From Penicillus capitatus (Eukaryota > Plantae > Chlorophyta): DNA of 64,000 nt. The translations under genes and the position numbers were made by a program. The stretch lies in contig OZ287696.1 of NCBI GenBank assembly GCA_965649825.1, forward strand, positions 1,336,081 through 1,400,080, in the 5' to 3' direction. Numbering within the stretch: the first letter of the stretch is position 1; the number at the start of each line of letters is the position of its first letter. The notes beneath the pieces are model-generated. The model was not told the DNA's origin. It searched no databases and worked only from the letters and a program-made list of their open reading frames with translations. This document shows positions 50,802 to 61,439 of this stretch, piece after piece.

Positions 50802-51555
50802 ATGAGATATGGCGTCTCGCCAGCCATACTAGACGAAGAGATCGTTCAGGAAAAAGAGTTACTCAAGAATGAAATAAAGAAGCGAAAACAAGCAGCCTGA
50901 AGAGAATTCCTGGAAGAGAACTCAAAAACTCAGTCGGACCTTTGGCAAACCATCAGGAAATTTCGAAACAACAATCTCTCCCAACGCTCGACTTTGTTCA
51001 AGACGAACACGGAACTCTTCTCCAAGCACCATCAGACATCGTGGCTGTCCTTCAGAAGAAATTCTTTCCCGTGCCCGTTGACCAACACGGGATGGCAGAC
51101 GAACAGCCAGATGATATCCGTCTCCCTGTAAAGATAGGACATCCAATCGCTCGGGTATTTCTCCTGGAAGCGCAGAAAGCATTCGGAAAAGGCCGATCCC
51201 TGGCTGCCCCAGGCCCAGACTGTCTCCCAAACATCATGTACAAACGAAACATGAGTCTCCTAAATGCTCATCTGATGGAACTTGCCAACTCTGGCCTGAT
51301 GCTCAGCTCATGCCCGATTCACTGGAAACACTCTCAGGTCGTAGCCTTGCACAAAGGAAGGAATCCAGGCAATGAAATCTCTAAGCTGAGACCGGTCAGC
51401 CTGTTAAACTAGCTCGCCAAAGGAATGGAAACTCTAGTAGTTCAACGACTCAAATTCTGGGCGAAGCATAACAAGACCTAGATCTATTCCAGTTCGGCTT
51501 CAGACCTGCCAGGGAAACACTTGAGACCCTCGTCACAGCCACGGGCTGGGTATAA
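50802..51555 (+). mobile_element. Truncated non-LTR retrotransposon (LINE) reverse transcriptase remnant
   Basis: APGPD, WKHSQVVALHK, LRPVSLLN*LAKGME, frameshifted QFGFR. Contains in-frame stops and ends before the YxDD motif. Confidence 0.9.
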
Positions 51556-51710
51556 ATCTGTGAACGTGAACCTGTAGAGACCTTTTGCTCTGTAATCGTG
51601 AAACCTTCTTCTGACATTGTAAGCCTATCATCTGCCGAACAATCGAGATGATGATTATTGTGGTTTAATTTTCGGCTACGTTCTGCCCCGGTTTTGCGCG
51701 CGTTTAACAT

Positions 51711-52770
51711 TTACGATGAAGACCAACGGCTTCCGCCAACAGCTCCTGTCGACTGTGGTGACACTAGATGATTGGGTGGTTCCTCGTGTGGTTCGTCTGC
51801 AGGTTTCTCGACGGGCTTCTTTCTTCCATGTTCCGTCTATAAGGAAAAAGTAAGTCGTCTGTTGTTAGATAACTCCCCTGCATCGGCAAGCTCTTTCATG
51901 AGGATCTTGGCCGCTGTCAGAACCAGATACATACACGGTCCCCTTCACTTCATCACCTTTTGATTCTGCAATAGCGGAAAGAATCCTTCCCACAGAATTC
52001 GGAAGTTGATGGTGACATCCCACCGATGTGCAGATCTGTTTGTGGTATGCTTGACGGTTTTTTGGCTGTTCTCCTGCCCAAATGTTTAACTTAAAGAAAG
52101 AAAAGAGCCGTTTGTAAAAAAACTAGCTTACCTCTGCCAATTCTTTGATTAGCTTCTTCGCTACTTCTTTCGCATGTCTGTGTCTCTCTTTTCTGCCGCC
52201 GTTTAGGTTTTTCCCTAACAATACAAAAGACATAAAGTACATAAAAAACTTCTTACTTGGGGAACTGCTTGCTTCACAAGCACATCTGCCCGTTTAGACG
52301 CTTTGTTGTGATGTCTTTTTTGAGGCATTCTTCCCTCTATAACAGCTCTATCTCTCTCTTGGCCTTTTCCAGGCATTCCGATTTGGTTTTCTGGGCTCCC
52401 TCGCCAGACAGTCGACAGTGTCTCGGCGACCGAATGCCGAGACGCAATTGATGGCGGCGGCTGGTCGCAACCGATGGCACATGCCTTCTTTTCGCTCCGC
52501 GTTCTGACCACGAACATCGGCGAGGTAAGCTGTTGGAAGGAAGACATTGCCATCGCGATCTTCTTTGTAGGTTTCTTGGCCGTCGTCTTTGCTTGTCGCC
52601 CTTTACGCTGTCGTAGTCGTTGTCGCAGAAAGAGACAGTAAGGTAAACACACAGAAAAACAGCTCACCTGAGCAATGGCGTGGTTTTTGAATGTCGCCGC
52701 CGTCTTCTTCGCTACCTTAAGCGAACCGCGCGCTTCTGTGCATCCGTCTCGCGCGACACGTGACCTCTAG
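51711..52770 (-). pseudogene. Rearranged duplicate of the RRM gene, broken just after RNP2
   Basis: Homology to 31.1-31.9 kb ends at TVYVSG. Compensating 1- and 2-nt deletions; RNP1 is absent. Confidence 0.55.
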
Positions 52771-52915
52771 GCGCGACACATTGGACGATTCAATCGCCGT
52801 GTCAAAACGATCAAAGCCGTCGGCAATGAGCCGAACTGCTCATTCCGTGGTTCCACGTGACGCGCGGAGCGCACAAGCCAGTTGCGGTCGTCGTCACTGG
52901 TTTAGGACGCCTGCT

Positions 52916-55900
52916 TCAGTGTTCAAAAGGACACGCCGTCTCGAACGATAGCTGTGCGTGACGCCTACTCCCGCACGACGCATCGGTGTCGACGGAACGG
53001 GAACTGATCAAAGTCGGAGATTTCATTGACGTTGCTTTGATTGAGCAAAACGCTTGTTCGATGCATGGGCCATCCATGCTGTCACTTTCTTTGCCGAGGC
53101 GAGCGCGCCGCCGACGTCGAGGACGCGATGTCCCGCACCGCCGTTCTTGAAGTGCCTGTTGTAGTTCTCTTCCCTCAGAAGCATCTGTCGCCGCAGCTGA
53201 ACTAACGCATCTTCCGCGTCTCTGAGTTCCCTCTCCATTCTGTTCTTGCTTTCCCGCAGGGCTGCGATTTCCTGAACATCTTCGTCTCGAGACTCCCGCT
53301 GCTCGAAACGCTCCCTGAGCCGTGCGAGAGATCTCTGCAGTTCGACGATCTCTGCCTCTGCCGCCGCGATGCGGACTTCGCACGCCTTCGCCGACTCTTC
53401 GCCGGCCTCTCGCGCGTCTCGCACATCCGATTCGCGAGCCTCTCTCAACGCGTCGCGTTCTCGTTCGCGAGCCTGCCGGAGACGTGCGCGAGAATCTTCA
53501 TTCTTGGAGGGCTTACTTCTCTGATCTGCACCGCTTGCTGTGCAACCGCATCGAGAAGCTTCTCGAAATGCATCGCCCTCGCTTCGACAGAAACCTCCAG
53601 GGACGCGCATCGCTTCATGAATGCTTCACACTCTTGTCTTCCTTGCGAGCAGCGCTCTTCGAGTGCGCTTGTCCTGAGGGCGACGCGTTCGAGTTGTTCT
53701 CTGCACGCCCTTTGGGATCTTTCGCGCTCCTGTTCGACAAGGGCGGTCCACTGACTCCGCTCTTCGCCGCGCTCGCTCTCGACTCTCTGCAGCTCGGCGG
53801 CATGGACTCTGCGAGTTTCACACCGCTCGCTCAAGAACCGTTCTTCCATCCTTCTGCACTCGGTCTCATGGGCACTGTTCAGATCGAGTATTCTCAGTTG
53901 GTAGAGCTCCTGGAGGGAACGGATTTCTCGAGCTCTCATCTGTCGCTCCTTCGCCACGAGTGAGTTCCACTCCTCTCTGCAGGACACAGCGATTTTCATG
54001 CGACGCCTGAGGGGGTGGCATGTCACTCTTTCTCCATCGTCCGCTGCCTGTCTCGCGTTTCCAGGTTCTGTCTCAGCCGTTCTTGTGCCCGCTCGAACGA
54101 CCGCGCGAATTCGGCTTCCTTTTCCGTCATCCAGTGCTCCAGTTGCGACCTGCAGATCTCCAGCGAATTGTTCTTTTCGTCGAGCGCCTTTTCGATCGCC
54201 GCCTCGTGCGTTTGCTCCAACGCTCGAAGCTTCCGTGCGAAGGTCGAATCCAAGCGTTTCTGCAGAGAGGCGACGTTCGTCCTGTGCCGTGTTTTCAGCT
54301 CCGTCATTTCCCTCTGGTGTTCGAGCGCTTTCCTTTGGAGGATCGCCGCCCACTTCGATTCCGTTCGAAGCCTTTCTGCGCGGAATGCTTTTCTGGCCTC
54401 TTCCAGAGCAGACCCCGTGCGACCTTTGTGGTCTCGCAGTGCCCCGAGCAAAACGTCCTTCACCTCCCTTCCCTCCTCTCTTCCGATATCCACGCAGCAG
54501 TGGACATCGTCCAGGAGGTCGGAAACCTGTCTTGAGCAGCTCTTTATGCACTCTACGCACAGCAACAGCACGAGTCTGTCGCTGTCCACAGGGGAGTGAC
54601 CTTCGCTGTTGTGTCGGCTCTGTTCCAGCAGGTCCTTGAGATGTCTAACGCCGTCTGATTGGGCGAGAAAGTACTGCCTGCATTGCCGCACAGAATCTTC
54701 GTGGCATCTCTTGAGCTTCTCCTCCCTGTCGTTCGCGCACAGAATCTGCTCCTCTCGACAACGTATCTGCTGCGTGAGGCGTGCCGTCTCTCTGTCTCTG
54801 GACGAGATCTGACAGAAGGAGAAGCCTGCTGTTTACTTGTCGAATGCGATATCTTACCATTTCTTCAGTGCGCCTCTGTTCATCGCGCATCGCGCTCTCT
54901 TTCTCTTCCAGTCTCCCTTCCGACTCCCTCAGTTGTCGACCGTGCCTTTCTTGCTGAACGGCATGCTCGGTTCTAAGTCTCCCAATCTCCCCGTCCCTTT
55001 CGGACAACTGCGTCTTCAATCCTTCGATCTTGTGCCGGCATTCCTGCGAAAAGCACAGGCAACACGTTCCAAAATCCACGACGATCGGTGCCTGCCTGTT
55101 CAGTTTCGTGCAAGGACTGTTCGTGTTTCCTTGTCCGTTCCTCGATCTCCCGTCGAAGTAAGGTCACTTGCCGTCCAAGTTCCTTTTGGTCGCGTTCGTG
55201 GAGCTGATGTGCGTTTGTTCTGGCTGCCCTTTCCTGAACACCACATCGTTGCAGCTGTCCGATAGATCTTGAGCCGTCGCACGACCTCCGTCAAGACCGC
55301 CATCAATTTGTCCTTGTCTCTCTTCTCCTGCTCTTTTTCTTGAGTTCTCATCTGTCGGCTCCTCAGCAGCGATTGCTCGTTTTTCTGTCGTTCCGTCGCC
55401 AGTTGCTTCGCTCCTCTGTCAAGCACTCGCTTCTTTCGTTGCGAGGGAGAGAAAGCCGTACTCTTGTATTCTCTTCTCGCAATCGTCCAGTCTTTTCAGC
55501 AACAGCAGTTTCTCGCCCTGTCCGTGCAACGCGCGTCGCACACACAGCAGCAGGCAAGGCGACTTACTTTCGAAGTATCCATTTCGCCCAAAGCCGCATT
55601 CTTCGCTGCCTCCGCAAGTCGCAGTGCTTCTTCTGCGTCTTTCAGCTTCTCCTGTAGGCCTTTCTGCCGAGCCTCGCATGCATTCAGCTTCGTCTCCCTG
55701 ACACAACGCATCGTTGCGCCATCCGATCCTCCTCGGCTGCGACATTCACATGTCTTTCTTGCTGAGCTCGGCCGTTTTCTTCAGTTCCTCTTCTCTTTCC
55801 TTCGACGTTTCTAGCTGCTCCGTCAGCTTACAGACCTGTTTTCATGCAGGCACAGCCAGTGTCTTGTCGTTGTCGTGGACGTCTACTTCTTCCTTGTGTT

Positions 55901-57156
55901 GGATGCGAACATCTCGCAACTTCAGACTCCGCGCGTTTTTCTCGTTCTGCGCTTCTTCCTCCTTTCTACAGCATCACCAGCATTCCAAGTGCCGCGCCAT
56001 TTCTGTCTGATCTCGATGACTCTGTCAATTGCGCCGTCACGTCAGAGAGGCACTCTTCCAATTCCGACAGCGCTGCCGAGGTTCTGTCGTGGGTGCGATG
56101 CAGTTCCCCCAAGCGATCGTACAACGATCTCGTTTCGGAGAACCCTTCTCTCGCCATCCTTTCGAAGAGAGTCGTCGCACCGACCAAACACTCGTGTTCG
56201 TTCTTGCAGACGCGAAAACGCTGTTTGCCTGGCAGCAGGGCGTTGGACGACGAGTCCTGACCTGTCGTTGACGGAAGCGCTGTTTCTGCGCTTTCTCTGT
56301 CGTGTCGACATGCTTCAGCACAGACTGCGCAATGTTGTCGACGTGTCGCTCCATTCCGACAACGCGTCCCAGAAGCTGCGTCAAGCACATTCTCTGCTGC
56401 TGTCTCGCGCGTCTCAGGCTCTTGTCGCTGTCGTCTCGCTCATGCACCAGCAAGTCGTGTTCCATCCGTGCCTCTTCCAGCGCCTCCGACTGTTCGTCTT
56501 CGAGACATCTCAAACGCTCTTCGTGCATCTCCAATGACATCCATCGTCCACAACCTCCATGTCTCCGTTCAGTTGCACAGACCTTGATCTCTCGCTGCTG
56601 GGAGGCTCTCAGCTCGTGCATTTCTTTCCTGCACTGCTGGAGGACGATGTCTTTCTCTCGGATCTCGGCCTGAGATTCCTCCATCCTGCTTTCGGCCTCT
56701 GCCGCCTTTATTTCGAATTCCTCCTCTCTCTTTCTGAGTTTCTCGTCGCACACCTGTCACGAGTCGTGACGGATGACGAGTCGTCGATCCGAGCAGACGA
56801 CGCGCCTGCTTCGCTTCTTCGACTGCAGTTCGATCTCTCTCGTCTTCCAAACGCGATTTGAACTGGTTGATTGCGTCTGCTGTCCGAAGAAGGAGGCTCT
56901 CAATTTCGGATGGATCCTCCTCTTCGTGTTCTTCGACAAGATCCTCTCCCTTTTCATTCAGCTGCAGAATCACCTGAACACAACCCGTTGTCAGTCACCT
57001 CCCCCTTCTCTTTGCGCGAGAGACTCTGCGGAACTGTTCGGCTTTCTGGTTTAGGCATTCCTGTCAAAAGGGCAGCCAATGCATGAAGAGCGAAGATCTC
57101 TCCGCGATCGGAGCAGTGACCTTGAGCTTCGTGACAAGGGAGGATGCGTCGTCCAT
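52916..57156 (-). CDS. FAM184-like coiled-coil protein, copy B
   Basis: Same exon ORFs as copy A with point substitutions. One 6-nt indel falls in an intron (~56770). Confidence 0.65.
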
Positions 57157-57246
57157 CGACGATATCGATCCAGTCGTCGGCACGGAAATCTCAGCACACC
57201 AGGTCAATCGCGGTCCTGTCTGGAATGACGATGATCTTCAGCCGTA

Positions 57247-58298
57247 ATGACGACGTCGCGGTTTCGCTCCGGCTATCTCGCCGAGCGCCTCTCGACCTTT
57301 CCTCGCCGTCGGCGTCAGAGACAAAGCCATCGACCTCATGGCGTCTCCGCCAGCGAAGGTCGACTCTTCGCGATCGGCCTTGTCGGGAGAACTGACCGTT
57401 CTGCCGAACGCAGGCACGACGACGGCCAAAACAGTGCTGCGTCAACTCTGTTCCCGAGCAGATCGCGGACGCAGCACGTCGTCCTCCCTCCGGGGCGAAA
57501 TCGAAGAGGCCCAGGTTCAGCATCGCCCGGTCTCTCGGTGCATTCACACCTCGCAGGTCATGCTCGAAGGGCTGAGTCCGATAGAAGTCGACTATGCGAA
57601 GCTGCCCGGACGTTGGCGACTGATCTACACGAACACTCGAGACGTGGTGCGTTTCCTGCGATCCCCGTCCTCCTGCTGAGCTGAGCTGTGTTTATAGATA
57701 CCGCTTCTGTACCTGAGCAAACCACCTTTCTTGGAAGGCCTGCCATGGCCGCTGAGAATCGGTTCAATCTTCCAACAGTTCTCGTCTGCCGACGTAGGGA
57801 AAGTGCAGAACGTTATCAAGATCGGATTCGACAACATCTTGGAGAACGAGGGTCTCACTCTTACCGTCAACTCCAGGTTCGGTTATCCAACACTGGCTTG
57901 GGTTGTAAGAATCCGAGATGTTGTGTCTCCTAGCTACGAAGTCACAAGCAGTCAGCGCATCGCTTTGAAGTTCTATTCCGCCTCGCTGGATGACGTTCAG
58001 ATCTCTCCTCTGGTCGAGTCTCTTCTGGCTCCTGCCTTTCTGCCCAGGACAGGCGCTAACCACCAGCTTCTTCTAGCGATCCGAGAGGTGAATGACTCTT
58101 CGCACAGACACCGCGACAAACTCAGACGCTCTTTTCTGGCAGTTTTCTTTGTCCGTGCCGCTGACGCGTGGAACCACAAGTGGCTATCTCCTGACGTATT
58201 TGGACGAGGACATGCTCATCGGTCGGCCGCTCGATCTCGGAGGCACTTTCATCTTCAACAGGGAAATGGAGGACGAGAGTTTTCCGCCCGGACGATAG
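57247..58298 (+). CDS. PAP/fibrillin family protein, copy B
   Basis: Near-identical to 25513-26564 with ORFs intact. Confidence 0.85.
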
Positions 58299-58435
58299 AT
58301 AACATCGGCCCATGCACGTACAACGGAACCAGCCGGGGGCTATCGATCCAACGTTGTGTCGGCTCAAAAATGCTGTATCTGAACAGTTTTTGCGTGAGAT
58401 GCATTCTTTGTGACACCGTGCACACGTTTGCACTC

Positions 58436-58514
58436 TTAGTTCAGAGATCCTGGATTCATCATTCGTCGTCTCTCGTGTGCTTGGAGCACCCTGTGGTGCA
58501 GATACCGTACGATC
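58436..58514 (-). pseudogene. Orphaned 3' tail of the pseudouridine synthase gene carried by the duplication
   Basis: Matches 25297-25375 only. Confidence 0.8.
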
Positions 58515-58628
58515 GCTTTAGCGTTGATAATATCGATGATCACCTCGACCTCTATTAAAACGTACGACGAGCGTTACACCAAAACTTTAATTATACATAT
58601 CATTTAAGCGTTTTCGTTTGTTCGCGTC

Positions 58629-61203
58629 ATGCAAGTCGCTCAATGTTCTGCACAACTGCACTTTTACGTCCGGCCTAGACATTATCAGACTCGAAGGACG
58701 CGATCTCTGTCTGCTCACTTCCCATCACGCACCGTAACTCGCATCCTTCAAAAAGACCGACACTTCGTGTACCGTACGAATGACAGACGTGCGTCCTGGT
58801 TCTCTGGATATACCTTCGCAACAGCTTCAGTCCCAGACGGAGCTGGAGAAAGCTCAAACGCCGCCCCAGCCGTTTCAGAACCAAAGTCTGCAGTCGTTAC
58901 AGGACCTGAGGATAAGGATGACCAATATTTTCGTTTCAAACCGTCGGAGTTTCTTAAGCCCATTGTTCAGCTCTTCTGGGAATTCGTTAACTTTCTGTTC
59001 GGCTGGATAACACGATTACCGGCATGGCAGAGACAGCAGCGGCTGAGAAAGCTCAAACTGGCAAGCGAAGCTGCACCTGAAGATCCAAGTACACCCTAGT
59101 CCGTCCCCAGCTTCTGCTCTACTGCTCATGATTAGGCAAGAATGCGGAGCACCTGAGACTTCTCAATGAAACGCACCCTCAAGAGGTGATAGAGAAAGTG
59201 GACTCAGGGAACTACAAGACTAATGAAGAGGTGGTCGTGGAGTACATGAAGGCACTTGTATTCAGCGAAAAACTGGCCGAGTACGCAAAGCAGGGTGGAC
59301 CAACAGATGAGAGGGATCATCGATCTGTAAAACGTCTGCTGAAAGACCTGCAGGTGAGAATTCTGTTTGCTGATCCTGCCGTTCTCATCCAACATAACGT
59401 TACAGGTCCTATGCGGTGGACACAGATTAGAATCCGTTCCTGGAGGAAGCATCAAGACACCTCTGCACATTTCGATCGAGAATGGATTGCCTCAGTCTCC
59501 TTCTAGAGTATCGGGAATCTTTTCAGGCGAGTGCTCCCTGCTACGATCATGAATGGCAGCTGGCGTGCGTGTGTAGCACTGATGAACTATATCGGCAGTA
59601 TCGTATTCGTTCTGGTTGTCGTGATCTGGGCCTATGCCACCATGCAACGTGGAATGATCGCTCTGCCGACGACAGCTATGTCTTCGACTGTGAAGGACAA
59701 AGGACAAAACCCCACAGTTGCTCCAAAGCAATTCGTGAAGGAAGAATTGCCAGAGAAGTCACTCAAAACGTTCAAAGATGTCAAGGTCCGTCACGATCAT
59801 CTGGTCTGTGCTCTTACAACGATGACAACTGTCGCCAGGGATGTCCCGAATCGAAGGAAGAATTGATGGACATCGTCGAGTTTCTCAAGAACAAAGATCG
59901 GTTCACTCGGATGGGAGCCACGCTACCCAAGGGGGTATTACTCACAGGCCCTCCTGGAACAGGGAAGACGCTACTCGCGCGAGCTGTCGCCGGCGAAGCT
60001 GGTGTTCCCTTCTACTTCAGGGCGGGGAGTGAATTTGAGGAAATGTTTGTGGGAGTTGGATCCCGACGCGTAAGGGCTCTGTTCAATGCCGCTAAGAAAT
60101 CGGCACCCTGTATCATCTTCATCGATGAAATCGACGCAATCGGAGGATCCAGAAAGAACTGGGAAAGTCAGACAAGGAAAACGTTAAATCAGCTTCTCGT
60201 CGAAATGGACGGATTCGAGGTCAATGAAGGCGTTATTGTCATGGCAGCAACGAATCTACCAGAAACCCTGGATGCTGCATTGACACGAGCAGGGCGTTTT
60301 GATCGGCACATTCATGTACCTCTTCCCGATGTTCGTGGACGCCGGGAGATCCTGGAGTACTATCTAAAAGATAAACCCATGAACAATGACGTGGATATCG
60401 ACAAACTGGCCCACCAGACACGTACATTCAGCGGTGCAGAGCTATACAATCTGGTCAACGAAGCAGCACTGAATGCAGCAAAGGGAGAAGAGGCAGTCAT
60501 CACGTCGCAACTGCTGGATCATGCGCGAGACAAGATCATTATGGGAGCGGAGCGGAAATCGCTGGTGCGGACAGAGGAAAATCTAAAACGGACGGCATAC
60601 CATGAATCTGGACATGCAGTTGTCGCCCTCAATACACCAGGAGCCAGTCCTCTACACAAGGCTACGATCGTAGCCAGAGGCAACGCATTAGGAATGGTCT
60701 CCCAGACGCCAGACAAAGACGAATACGCGGTATATCAAGAAGCATAACCGAAGGTCAATAATTGTGTTGCGTAGGTGAGCAGACAACAGCTGATGGCAAG
60801 AATAGATGTATGTATGGGAGGCAAGGTTGCAGAAGAGCTGGTGTTTGGAGCAGAGCACGTGACGACAGGTGCATCGTCCGATCTTCAGCAGGCCACTGCC
60901 ACTGCTGAACACATGGTGATGCATTGCGGAATGAGTGGTGATGTTGGTCCGATCTTCGTTCAACACAGATCCTCTATTAGTGGAGAGATCCAACAAAAAA
61001 TCGACCGCGAGGTCACAAAGATCTTGAAAGACGCTCAAACGCGAGTGACCAAGCTGCTGGCAGAAAAAATGAAAGACGTGGATACATTAGCCCAGGCCTT
61101 GCTGGAGCAGGAAACACTGACTTCAGATGAAATAGATGGGTTGGTTGGGCGAAAACAGGAGTCAATCCAGATGGAAGCACGAAATGAGGAAACGGTTATG
61201 TGA
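58629..61203 (+). CDS. FtsH4/FtsH11-type (i-AAA, YME1-like) metalloprotease
   Basis: [63 protein letters not shown]. Confidence 0.96.
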
Positions 61204-61439
61204 ATCCATAGTTTGCTGATCACTGTACACATTCTGTCCTTTTGTCAATACACGCCATGCTTTGCAAAGCCAAACAACGAGTGATGGTAAAGTAAAATGA
61301 CCGACGGATCAGATCTTGGCAAACTCGAACGCGAAGACAGACGACAGACGACAGACGACCACATGGATTGCCTGCTGTTCTACACCGTTCCTTTCTTCGA
61401 CTGAGAATCTAGTGAGATCTGGAAACAGTAAGTTCGCTG

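Larger units (their letters stand above)
51923..58514. repeat. Inverted segmental duplication, copy B
   Basis: Reverse complement of 25297-31900. The outer junction is at gatc 58511-58514, matching 25297-25300. Confidence 0.97.
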
